A stretch of DNA of 64,000 nucleotides from Octopus bimaculoides (lineage: Eukaryota), in assembly GCF_001194135.2 (NCBI RefSeq), contig NC_068988.1:84593966-84657965 (forward strand), written 5' to 3'. Under the pieces are notes generated by a model. The model did no database searches and had not been told where the DNA came from. It saw only the letters and a program-made list of their open reading frames with translations. Shown in pieces: positions 12,362 through 24,560 of this stretch. The position numbers and the translations under genes are program-made. Position 1 is the stretch's first letter. Every line of letters starts with the position of its first letter.

Positions 12362-13555
12362 GTGGGTGATTAGGTAGAATTGCTAGAGCAACAGATAACA
12401 GACCTTACTGAATTTCTTTCCTTCTCTTTATGTTTCAAGTTTTCAAATCCAGTTGAAGTCAACATTCCTTTCAGAGTTGATAATATAAAGTACCACCGAA
12501 GCACTTGGTTCAAGGCAATTAATTAACACCTATCCCTAAATTTCAGGTCATGTACCTTCGTTAGAAGCAGTTATTATTAATATTATTAGAAGGCGGTGAG
12601 CTGGCAAAATGCTTAGAGGAATTTCATCTGTCCTTACACTCTGAGTTCAAATTCCACCGAGGTCGATTTTGCCTTCCATCCTGTCAGGGCCAATAAATTA
12701 AGTACCAGTGAAACACTGGGGTTAATGTAATTGACTTGTTCCCTCCCCCAAAATTTCAGGTCTTGTGCCTTTAGTAGAAAGGATTATTATATTATTATTG
12801 TGAAGAGCCAGCCAAACTGTTACTGCTCTGAACAAAATGCTTAGCAGCATTTCATCTGGCTTTACATTCAAAGTTCAAATGCTGCTGAGGTCAAGTTTGC
12901 CTTTCACACTTTTGGTATTAATAATATAAGTACCAGTTGGACACTGGGGTTGATGTAATCAACTTCCCCCTTCCACCATAGTTTCAGGCCAAGTGCCTAT
13001 AGAAAAGATTATATTATTGTTATTGTAAGGTGGCAAGCTGGTAGAATTTGCTAGCACATTGTGTAAAATACTTAGCAACATTTCTTTTGGCTCTTTATGT
13101 TCTGAGTTCAAATTTCATTGGGGTTAACTATGCTTTTCTTCTTTTTGGGGTCAATAAAATAAGTATTAGTTGAGTACTGGAGTTAATGCAATCGACTTAA
13201 CCCGCTTCCTAAAGTAACTGACCTTGTGCCAAAATTTGAAACAATTATTATTGTCAGATAAGTGATCATTTCTTTAGTAACACCATGCCCCATTTTCTTA
13301 CCCCATAGGAAAGGATTTACTTTGACTTGAGAAGAGACTATTAGTATAGATTGGCAGAATCAATAGGATATCTGACCTTACAGCATTTAGGTTATCTCCT
13401 TAAATTTTGAGTTTAAATCTTGTAAACACTGAATTTGTCTTTCATTCTCCTGGAGATCAATAAAATAATATTACAGTGAAATTGTGGAGTCAGTCTGACT
13501 ATATCACTTCTCTAAAATTTATTGCCTTGTACCCAAGTCAGAAATGATGATTATA
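12362..13555 (+). mobile_element. Head-to-tail train of about 5 tRNA-derived SINEs (family A)
   Basis: Repeated ggtgagctggca...ctgagttcaaattcc...aagtaccagt...ctggggt...gtgcc...(att)n units with A/B-box-like heads. Confidence 0.85.
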
Positions 13556-14063
13556 TTTCTGTTTTCGATCTATACATACTCTAATCTGGTAAAAAACCAT
13601 TCAGCCACTTTAACATAAAGTAAATTCATGTATCACAGATGAAGAGTAACTTCATTAGAGTGCTATTTGCTGAACTTCACAGAAGGAAGGTTTACTTGGC
13701 AGTCTTTCATTGTCTTCTTTGTGCCATGCTCTTCTTTTCCTAACAATTCTAATTATGAGGACTGTTCTTGTCTGTGTTTTACATGCATTGGTAGTTATAT
13801 TTTGAAAGGTTTTATCTTCATTGTTTCTATCATCTGTCATCATTATTTTTATGTCCACTTTTCCATGGGTCGGACAGAATTTGTTGAGGCAAAGTTTTTA
13901 TGGCTGGATGTTCTTTCTGTTGCTAACCCTCACCTATTTCAAAGCAAGGAAATATTTCCCCATGACCAGACATGTTTTTGCAGAATATTGGAAATGGACA
14001 ACACTGCTTTTATGACAGTGACACACATTTACAACTACTATATAATGTCAAGATAAGGAGACA

Positions 14064-14102
<39 letters not shown>

Positions 14103-14149
14103 ACGCACATACACACACAGATATACATACATATGCACATATAAGATAG

Positions 14150-14290
14150 CCTCCTTTCAGTTTTTGTCTATCAAATCCACTCACATGGCTTTGATCAACT
14201 CAAGGCTTTAGTAGAAGACATTTGCCCAAGGTGCCATGCAGTGGGACTGAACTTGAAACCACATGGTTGGGAAGCAAACTTTTCAGTGAC
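14150..14290 (-). mobile_element. SINE family B copy
   Basis: Reverse complement of the family B head/body. Confidence 0.8.
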
Positions 14291-17200
14291 ACAGTCACAC
14301 TTGTGGCTTATTGTTATTTCTATAAATGATCTCCTTGTGTTTTGGTGCCATGGATTAAATATGTGCATCATACTGAGTTCATATGCATATTTTCATTAAT
14401 AGTTCTGTCATACACTTGTGTCTTGTTCATGTCATGTTACAGTATTGTAACTGTGACAAGTCTAGCAGTTAACTGCTAACAGATGTATAACTGGAGAACT
14501 GTTTTGTCATATCAGGCTAACACTATTTCTTGTATTGTTGTCATATCAGGGATTCAGTATTACTGTTTCTTACCATCATCTTGTTGTTATTGTTATATTG
14601 AAATAGTAATTTTGCTGTGATAATTTTTACTAGTGCCTTTGTTTTATCAGGCAGTCACTGATGGTGTAATCGTAGTTATATTGGTATATCAATGTTATTA
14701 TATAGATAGTATTTCTCATATCTTTCTTATTGGAATTAGGAGCTGAAATGTACCAGTCAGTAACCCATCACCACTGTACCAGTAATATCTCACATAATTT
14801 ACTAAATTTACTAAATCCCTATTTTGATCAAGTTTGATCTCTCAGTACTATCTTTCTCATGAAAGTTTTCTTTTTTAAAGAGAACACAAAATTTCTGTAA
14901 CAAACTTACTTTCAAATATTTTTGTTCTCCACCAGTAACTCTGCCATTATCATCATCATCATTAGAAAATGGACATTGATTATTAACAAACTATTTCTAG
15001 CATTGGTTAAATATGGTCTTCATCTATATAATAAACATAATATTGACATTGTTATTTGATTTTGAGAAAGTTTTCTGTTTTCTTTTAAGCTGTCTTGTAG
15101 AGTAGGATTGCTTAGAGATAACTTTTTATTGTTCTGCTGAAAGTTAATTAATTTAGACTCTAATGAAATCTCTATGCATATGAAATATAAAATGAATAAG
15201 ATTTAAATGTCAAAAACAAAAAAGGAAATATGTCTACTTCACTAATCTCAGCCTAGTCATTTATTAGGTGAAAGGCTGTGAGGAGAAAATAATTGAATTT
15301 TACATTTTGGACAATGTAGCCCTAATTACAGTGTCTGGAGGAATAATATGATGGGTTGATCACTTTTCAAGCACCGTTAATGGAGCCGGATTGAACTGAG
15401 ATAAACAACAAAAATAACCATACTTTATGAAATTAGGCTTATAATTTATATATTACAGGTGATGCTTATAGTTTTATTGGTTAATCAGGACATAATTGAC
15501 GTTGTGACCTGTATTTTATTAGTGTCAGTGTTGTTGATATTGTTATATTAGGATCTATCACTGCTTCCATTATTATATCAGTCTATTGATACATCTAGTA
15601 TCATGGCTATATAAAGATATTCTTGTTATTGTCATTTCAAAGAGGGCAGTGAGTTGGCTAAAATGCTTAGTGGCATTTCTTCTGGCTATGCCCTGAGTTC
15701 AAATCAGCCGTACAAATTTGCTTGTGTATAACTGCAATGTCAACCCAAAATTAAATGAAACTAGTTAGATAAAAAAAAAAAAAATGTTACTATTTTTTAC
15801 AAAATAGAAAAATCTAGATAGAAAATAATTTATCTTATTGTTAATTTGTTGGTATAAACTAAATTTAAAATCTTATACAAATCTTGTTCATTTTAGTTCA
15901 AGCTTAGACTTTAATTACCTTTTACATTTAGCATATGAATCAAATTTTTGCTTTATATATATTTATTTAATTTTCAATTCCTGTTTTGCTGTTGTTAGCG
16001 ATATATTTCTGTTTTTCATCAGCATTGCATTCTTTGCAGCATGATGCTATTAGCTCTAGACCTCACACTTTTTTGCATGGACATTTCTCAATTATTTATT
16101 GGAATGTTTACCATTTCTCACACTGCTACCATCTCATCTATGTTAACCTTCTGTAGAATTTCTAGTCTGGAATCTACTACAGCTCGTTTTGTACTCTTTC
16201 TTTTCCTTTTTTTTTTCCCTACGTATTAACATGTTTATTATGAAATATTTAATATTACTTTATATTTCAGTGGTAACGATCTCACCTTTTTTTTCTTGTG
16301 GTTTTTGCCTCTTGTCTATAGTGTTTAAATATCTAATTAAATATTGACATGTATTGTCGAATTTAATGAATCAAACAGCGAACATATCTTGTTAGCAGTT
16401 TATAGAATGTAATTTCTTTGAAACTATAATTTTGGAATAGATTTGATATTCTGGATATGTTGATTTGAGGTTCGATTTTGTTCTTGTCTTTTAATTATAA
16501 ATGTTTTGTGAAACCCACTTTAGTTCCATAGGACTGTTATTTAATTAGCTTTTTGTTATGCAAAGCAGATCTAGAACAAATCGCTTCTTTAGATAGATGT
16601 CTAGTCTATTGCAGGTAAACTTCACATTCACCAAAGCTAAATAAACTGAGGTTATGTAAAACTCTTTGTCCGGTCCAGAGATACAGCAAAATATTTGTAC
16701 AGGGTTTCAAGTTCTTCAACTATAAACAGAATGTTGAAAATGCAATGTCATCTTTTTTACTGTACAATTTAATTGCAAATGTACAGGATAGCCAAGCAAT
16801 ATCAATCAAATATTTTATATGTTTGATTTGCTAGAGCTGTTTTGCAGCTCTTGCCTTGTTCTTAGCAGGTATGTCTACTGTGTTAAGCTGAGTTAATTGA
16901 GAAGATACCTAATCACACTCTTGTGTATTATCTAGATTAATGCTGTTACACTTTTATTGCCTGATGAAAACACTTTGTTGTAAACATTCAGACCTGGTCT
17001 CCAGTTTGAGGAGACCTTCCTCTCTCTTTTCCTCCTTCCAGTTTCAGAGGCCCTGAAACAATCATGGACACTACCCTTCTCTATCCAAGCAAAAACTACC
17101 AGTTGTTGAATTGCAGCTATGAAGGGGTTCTGCTTTCAATTATGTTGACCCCAGTGCTAAGATTAGTACTAATTTCATCAAAGCATATCTTGGTACAATT

Positions 17201-18123
17201 TTAAATTTGACCTGAGTTATGTCCCTTAAGAGAGTTCTTTCCTGAACGTATACTGTAGATTGTAATGTATTTTATCTCAGTTTTCACAAACACACCTAAC
17301 TAGTTTGGGTGCCTCTGTATGGTCACTTAATCAGCAAGAAATAACAGTTGTAGACAGTTCTGTCTGTCTCAACCACAACTAAACATTTTAAAAGACATTG
17401 GAAAATCAGGTCCTGGGTTCTGTGCACAGAGAGAAAATACAGGATGGTCATCATATATATATATTTATGCTGTAGTTGAATGTAAATTGTTATTCAGCTA
17501 CATTTTGCCAGTAATGAATGAGACAGAACTTACACTTTGAACTATCATACTATTCAAAATTCCACAATTCCAGTTCAGATTAGTAGTCTAATTAATCAAT
17601 TACTTTTCATGGATGATTGTAGTTTCTTTAAGCCTGTATTTGTTGACATGTTCATTTTCTTTTGTTTGTTTATTTCTCTTGACATTCCCCAACTTTGTAA
17701 GTACTCTTACCATCCCATTGGCTTCTTTAGATGAGTTCCCTTATTTTGTAATTTTTTATTTTGATATAAGCTAGCAATGCTGTGGCCAGATTTTGTCTCT
17801 TTCCTCTTTTAGTCATCTTCATGACTCTCAGACTGCTGAAAATTATCTAGGTAGTATATATATATATCAAACAGCTTCTGGAAGAATTTGATCTGGTGGG
17901 AATAGAGCTTGATACAACATTGGATAAAGTTGTTGATTTGCCCCAGGTCAGTTTTTCATACAGCAAACCTGTGAGCAAAGATATTTCAGACATTATTTAC
18001 CTGACAGAATATCTAGGACTACATTATCCAATGTATCCATCTTGTTGGTGACTTTTGTGATAGCCTGAGCTGACCAATGCTTTGTGAGAGAAATTGATAG
18101 ATGGAAGCCGTAAGAAACCTGTC

Positions 18124-18170
<47 letters not shown>

Positions 18171-20957
18171 GATTAAAGGCAGGTATTCTCTGTATAGAAT
18201 ACTTTCCGTACTGCTCAAGAAATTTGAACTTGAGCAGGTAGCGGAATAAATGTATTTAATATTTTTTGTATATCACCGTGCCTAATTTGCTTGTATATAT
18301 GTATGTGAGCTTATGTTAGACATATGAAAGGAGTGCTCAATACATGTTATTGGAGGTATGTCTTTTTTTTATTGAAACTGTGAGTTTGTCTCCCAACTGT
18401 GATCTTATCTGAAGATCAGATGACATGAAACTGGAGTCATGAGACAAATACTCAGTTTTGATTTTGATAAAAAAAACTTGTGTGTGTGCATGAGTGCATG
18501 CATGCGTGCACATGTTTGTATCTCCCTCTCATCTTGACATTTGCACACTGATTGAAAACAAAGTCATCATACATGCAAATGATTTCATTTGTTTACAATC
18601 TTCTACAAAATCTTGTCTGGGCATAGACTAGTTTGAAAGATTATTACCTTGCTTTTGGAAATACTTGAGGTTGGTGGCAGGAAGAGCGTTTGGCTGTAGA
18701 AAACATTTGTTTCAACAAGTTTCATTTGAGCCATGCAGGCATGGAAAAATAGACATTGCTGCTGATGATCTCATTGGTTGAGCAATGTGGCAGAAGCCCA
18801 CAGAAGTCCTAAAATATAGGCTGAAAGGGAGTTGCAAATCAAAGAAGATGGAAGTATTGGAAAATGTGCTTTGCACTCAGTCTGTAGAATGAGGTTAGTG
18901 CATGAAGTTGTTGTTTAGCTGAAATTAGGTGTTCCAACTGTGACCATCCTGTACTGGCTTTTTTATCAAACACTGTATTTGGGACTACGTTATCCAATGT
19001 TTTCTTCTGTTATAAAAGAGTAGCAAAATTTTGTTAATCTTTCTAGTAGGTGGAATGAAAGCTGTAGAGTCTATCTTGTTGGCTCGACCGTACATCAAGT
19101 TGCACAGCTGATCAGTTTAATTGATGTAGTGTTGATAGAATGGAGATAGGATAGACATGTCATATCATTGAGTTAATAGTTACAGCTTTAACTACCACCT
19201 GGATGCTTTTGGTTAGTTTACTATTTAATACACCCAATCCTATGTATGCAACAATGCAGTTTGTTGTGGAAGACATAATCAGATTTAAAGCAATCAAAAT
19301 GTTGTTAGTATTGATAATAAAACTGGGACCCTGCATCAGGATAATGATTAATTTTGTCATTGGTCTTGAATTTAGTATTTACATACAGTAGTAATGTCTT
19401 ACATATTTTTATGTATTATTCTTTCTTCATTTTAACTTTCATGTATTACTGGCTACACTTGACTACTTTTCATGAATTGTTCATGTTTTGGAGGAAGCAA
19501 AATATTTTGTTAACAAAGCGTATCTTATTTACTTCAGTCGGCCAACAATTATTACTGCTAACTACCTAACGAACTGTAAAGTAGGGTAACTGTGAGAACC
19601 TAATTTATTGACCATGGCTAACTAAGAGAGCAAAATTATGTCTCTTTCATCGGGACATTTAACACAATAGCTGTAAATAGTATTAGTCGTGGTGATAGTA
19701 GTTGTAAGGTCTAAACCATGTGGTCAATAACTATAGCACTGTAATCTTACAGCTATTGTTTAAAAGGAAATAGAAATCCTCTAACTGTTTAAGTTCTTTA
19801 ATTCTTTAAAAAAATATGTATAGAAAAGAAAGAAAATTAATTAACTGAATGGCCATTAAAGTTTGTTTTCTGATGAAATATAGTATTTTTTAACATCATT
19901 TGTGATTTGGAATTATTTTGAGTTGACTTTTAGAGGAATCTGTGTCTGCTATGATATTTTCTTTTCAGAATTCATGTTTTGCTAATAGTTTAAATTCCAT
20001 AATGAAAACTGGTAATATCCCTGTTTCTCTAAAATTATTTCATTAAATGTAATCAATTGAAAGTCTCAGTTCATTAAATAGATATTAATGAATTAAATGT
20101 TGATTTAAAAACAACAAAACAATAAAAGCAAGAATCTGGCAATGGTTCAAAGTGAATGTTTATTGACATAAAGTAAATTATATGCCATATGGATTAAAAA
20201 TATATTTAACATTTGTTAGGGTTACTTTCATCTTACTTGAGACATAAATGAAAAGTTGACACATTGTTACAGATGGAGTGTGAATATTTTAATTAATGAA
20301 TATAATTGTAATTAATGAATATAATTATAGCAGAAAAGTAATTTCCTTAACTAGTTTGAGAAACAAAGTGAATCTTGTAACTCATTGAGTAATACTCCCC
20401 CCCCCCCGACTTCGTTTTTATGCTGTGTATGACATATACAATAAACAAGCTTGACAGAGCCTGTCCCTCTTAATTGCAACACTCATCAGAGTATTCTGGA
20501 ATCATCCTTACAAAATGATTGAGATACTTTTCAACTATGAAGTGCTACTGTTGCTGTTAATGATGACGTGTATCTGCTCATGTAATCTGTTGAGAAACTA
20601 GCTGAGCTGTGTCAGTGACAGCTATGTTCTCAGTCTTGCATGAGATGTAGTGGTAGCACTGTATAAATGACAAGTGCTGTGAGGTTGAGTTTAAATAGTG
20701 TTATGAGTGTAATTTAATAAAGAGCAATGTATTACATAAAGATACCTTTTCTGAGCCCACCTCTCAATACTCTGTCTTTACATGTTGTCCTTTATTACTC
20801 AATGGTTTATAGGACTCATTTTTTTCACACAAACTGAATTATATTGTTGTATAATATTTATATCTATCTGAAATATTTTGATTGGAAAAAAAAAAAATTA
20901 TTCTATGCCAAAAATATTTTATTATAATTTTTGTTATTCCTCTTTTTATATCTGCAG

Positions 20958-21148
20958 AAAATGGTCGACATATATTACCAACAACACATTCTTCCCCTGA
21001 ACCATCTGAAAATGGAGAAACAGATGAACCATTATACATGAATGTAAATACAAAGAAGATGAATAGTCCAGTTAAAATAGAAGATCTTTATAATTATATA
21101 CAGACGAACAAAGCCAACAATAATTCTGGTTTCAAGAAAGAATTCAAG
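20958..21148 (+). CDS. RPTP juxtamembrane/wedge exon ENGRH...EPLYMNV...PVKIEDLYNYIQTNKANNNSGFKKEFK
   Basis: tctgcag| acceptor, |gtaaaa donor, 191 nt. Typical pre-D1 sequence ending GFKKEF. Confidence 0.93.
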
Positions 21149-22262
21149 GTAAAAATAAATACAAAAATACAACTTATTTTGCTAAGTAAAAACATTTTAA
21201 ATTCACTTTACCTTAGCTGTTAGGCTTGACACACTGTCCAGTTTAACACTACCATCTAGTCTTTTACTGATTAACTTCAGAAAAAATATCCTTCTGTATT
21301 TCTATATTTGTTATACCTTCCACGGTACGTTTGATGGTAGGTTTGGGTAATGCTTACATATTGATGTCTAGTTTTGGGAGATCTTGTGGCATATATGTAC
21401 TTAGTTCCAGTACAATATTTAGAGCTTTAACAGTTCACCTAACTGTGACTAGGAGATATTGTCATGGTATTTGTAAATGAATATTAAAATTTTATCTCAC
21501 CATGTTGATAATTCTGTCTAAGATAATCCATATTTCCATCCTAGATATCTCGCCCTCTCTCCCCATTTGTGTGCCATGCTTACAGGTATTAGTGCTTATG
21601 GACTTTCATGCCAAAGTCAGAAAACTCAGATTTTTGGGGAAAGATACAGTAGTGGTTTCTTGTTGCCTTCTTGATTTATTTACATTTTACTCTGTTAATC
21701 TTTTGAGCTTATCCTTGGGGTACAGGGCCTGTTTAACACTTAGACAGGATGACTGGTCCACATCACATCAAGTCATACCCATACATTGCTGGGCCTGTGT
21801 GACACATATGACACAGGTGCAGCAGCCTGCAGGAATAGCTTGTGGCTTATCTACGTTGGAGTCTTCTGACTCTTGTTTGACCCATAATGGTAGCTCTTGA
21901 CAGGTACTACCACACCTGGCCATAGTTGAACAGGGAACAATGGTGACTAAATGGCAACTCTGTACTCCCCAAAACTCCTGAACTCCTAAACGGGAACCTC
22001 ACCACTGGTTACAGTTTGATGTTTTACTCAGGATACTTTGATATATAGCATACTGATAATTCCACCTTAGATTTACCATGATTTCCCATACGGTTATTTT
22101 CTTCTGAGACATATACCATTCTAATAATTTCATCTTAGAAATATCACGCAGATGTTTCCATCTTAAATACATAAGATTTGCTTGATTTTTTCCCTTTCTT
22201 CGATGATGATGTTGATGACTGATATATTTTTAATGTTTTAATATATTTATTTATCCATCTAG

Positions 22263-22350
22263 CAACTTCCGGAAGGTCTATTAGCAATGTGTACTACAGC
22301 TCAACGAGAAGAAAATAAAGAGAAAAATAGATATAAAGACATTATTGCAT
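22263..22350 (+). CDS. RPTP D1 exon QLPEGLLAMCTTAQREENKEKNRYKDIIA(Y)
   Basis: ctag|...|gtaagt, 88 nt, KNRY motif. Confidence 0.97.
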
Positions 22351-22453
22351 GTAAGTAACTTTTATTGTTACACCAGCTACAGTACTGTGTTGTGTTTCAT
22401 TTCCCTGCTGTCTTATTACAATAATAGCAGTAATGTATTGTAAAAGAACAAAG

Positions 22454-22567
22454 AATGACCGAGACCTTTGGAAATATGCTGTGTGTGAGAAGACCCGGCA
22501 AGACAAGTGAGACCATAACCCATGGCCTTTACCAGGGGTGTAGCCAGCCCACTTATGCGTACCCTCC
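22454..22567 (+). mobile_element. RTE ORF C-terminus plus start of 3' UTR, inverted relative to the adjacent RTE body
   Basis: Plus strand reads NDRDLWKYAVCEKTRQDK* (TGA 22508-22510). It matches the sense (minus) strand of the 52585-53050 copy. Confidence 0.85.
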
Positions 22568-23310
22568 ATTCTCGCCAAATGACCATACCAGTGCAATCGT
22601 CTCTCTTGCACACCACAACTGATGCTTCTTAGGTCCAACTTTTCTCTCAAGGTACTTACACTCTGTCGAGTATGCACACTGACATTACACATCCATCAAA
22701 GCATACTGGCTTCATTCCTTGTTAGCTTACACATGTCCTCAGCAGTCACGGTCCATGTTTCNNNNNNNNNNNNNNNNNNNNNNNNNNNNNNNNNNNNNNN
22801 NNNNNNNNNNNNNNNNNNNNNNNNNNNNNNNNNNNNNNNNNNNNNNNNNNNNNNNNNNNNNNNNNNNNNNNNNNNNNNNNNNNNNNNNNNNNNNNNNNNN
22901 NNNNNNNNNNNNNNNNNNNTAGCAGCTACACTTTCAGCGCACCCTCCCCCACTACTGACTTGCTCACCTAGGTAACGGAAGCTATCAACTACTTCTAGTT
23001 TTTCTCCCTGGATTGAGACAGAAGTTGTTCTCTGCACATTTTCAGTGTTTATTGCTCCTGAGCATCTGCCACATACAAAAACTATCTTCCTAGTTAGCCT
23101 TCCTTTGATATTGCTGCACCTCTTATGTGCCCATAGCTTACACTGGGTACATCTTATAGAGTTTCTACCTACACCTTTTCTACAGATCGAGCAGGGCCAT
23201 CTACCTGAAGGGGTTTGTGTTTTGTCTACCTTCCTACTTATTAGGACTTTGGTTTTAGCCAGGTTGACTCTAAGGCCCTTCGATTGTAGTCCCTGCTTCC
23301 ACACAATATA
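22565..23310 (-). mobile_element. RTE-clade LINE fragment (RT C-terminal region with embedded PHD-like finger), spans an N-gap
   Basis: GLRVNLAKTKV, CSIC..CTQC..H..C..CGRC, LEVVDSFRYLG, ETWT, ERRLHWYGHLARM. Confidence 0.92.
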
Positions 23311-23328
23311 TGCTGATATATTGTCATA

Positions 23329-23383
<55 letters not shown>

Positions 23384-23543
23384 TTCTCTTTCTCTCTCTC
23401 TCTCTCTCACACACACACATTCATGTACATTCTTTAGAGAAAGAGTCTTTTGAAAGTACTTTTTGTATTGCATTATATGAAATAATCATTGTTTTGCATG
23501 TATGAATACAAACTTACCTGAATATATTTATCTATTGTAACAG

Positions 23544-23620
23544 ATGACCATTCACGAGTTCACCTAGACTTGGTCCCAGGAGATCCCTATTCTGATTATG
23601 TTAATGCTTCATATCTTGAT
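23544..23620 (+). CDS. RPTP D1 exon (Y)DHSRVHLDLVPGDPYSDYVNASYLD
   Basis: aacag|...|gtaagt, 77 nt, DYxNAS motif. Confidence 0.97.
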
Positions 23621-23819
23621 GTAAGTCTTTGACTATATTGTTGTTGTTTCCACTTCAGATAATCCTCATGTATTTATTACCTAGTTGACTATTTGTTCAA
23701 GGTCATTAGTCCAGTACCAAACCCTCACAGCCATTGTATCTCAATAGAGATTACTTTTGGTCTATTGTATTTTGAAGATTATTTGGAAAATTTAATCTTT
23801 CTTCTTTTTCATATTTTAG

Positions 23820-23856
23820 GGTTATAAAAGAGAAAAAGCATATGTAGCTTCGCAAG
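23820..23856 (+). CDS. RPTP D1 exon GYKREKAYVASQ(G)
   Basis: ttttag|...|gtaaga, 37 nt, YVASQG motif. Confidence 0.96.
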
Positions 23857-24130
23857 GTAAGAGTCTTTATTCATACTGATACTTTTATTGAGGAAAAAAG
23901 CTTTTGATGTTGCCTCTTAGAGCATTGTTATATCTATAACATTTTTATCCAAGCCACTTCTTCCCCATCATTTTCCTTCATATCAGTCATTCAGCTTGTA
24001 ACGTTGAAAAAAGAAATCCCTACCTTTCTTCACAGCTTATCATATTTTACCAGTTTTATGAACCGTTTTGCAGATAGAATCATTAGTCTCTTTGAACTCT
24101 TGTATGATATCTTCTAATGTCTAACATACT

Positions 24131-24560
24131 TGTAGGAAAGTGGTTATACACCATTAGGTGTATACCCGCTTCCGTACATTAAATTTCTTGAAGAAACAAC
24201 GGAACGCAGATTCTGAACTATGAACACAACAATATTTATTTACAGAGGAAATAGGCAGCACTTCGCCCTTTGGTTGCTGAGACGCCGTCAATGATGTTGA
24301 GTGGTTATTTGTCTAGCTCCAGAGTTGGAATGTTGGAGAGAGCTGTCTCCAGAGTTGGAATGTTGGAGAGAGGCTGCTTGATGACGTCCAGGCTCATCGC
24401 CAGCCGGCCGAGAAAGAGAATGAAAAACCGCGCGAAGCTTGGGTGTCGAATGACCACGCATGCGCACGAGACTCTTCCTGTATTCCCTCCGGAACCAGTC
24501 CCTGCGCATGCGTGGATAAGCTTTCCGGAAATGTTGTCTGCTATTTAAGGCGTCACTACA
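24131..24560 (-). mobile_element. Solo LTR (Gypsy-like), 430 bp, CpG-rich
   Basis: TGTAG...CTACA termini, 4-bp TSD TACT (24127-24130 and 24561-24564), minus-strand AATAAA near 24235, internal 30-bp tandem repeat (24317 and 24347). Confidence 0.85.

Noticed and set aside
12362-13555. CRISPR array or tRNA gene cluster
   Set aside because: Eukaryotic context; the units are long diverged SINEs with A/B-box-like heads, with no repeat-spacer pattern and no complete cloverleaf.
14540-14710. Hydrophobic-looking sequence as a possible transmembrane exon (also about 15500-15620)
   Set aside because: Low-complexity (GTT/ATT) decay without a compatible acceptor/donor pair; it also lies downstream of the juxtamembrane exon.
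16030-16990. Coding-like stretch, possibly Penelope-like, with ctgatga at about 16960 (hammerhead core?)
   Set aside because: No diagnostic RT, GIY-YIG or transposase motif recovered by hand, and no GAAA partner with valid stems.
24270-24548. 92-aa and 73-aa ORFs in the solo LTR, and similar ORFs at 41911-42304
   Set aside because: GC-rich LTR sequence with a tandem repeat; no homology cue and bounded by TSDs.
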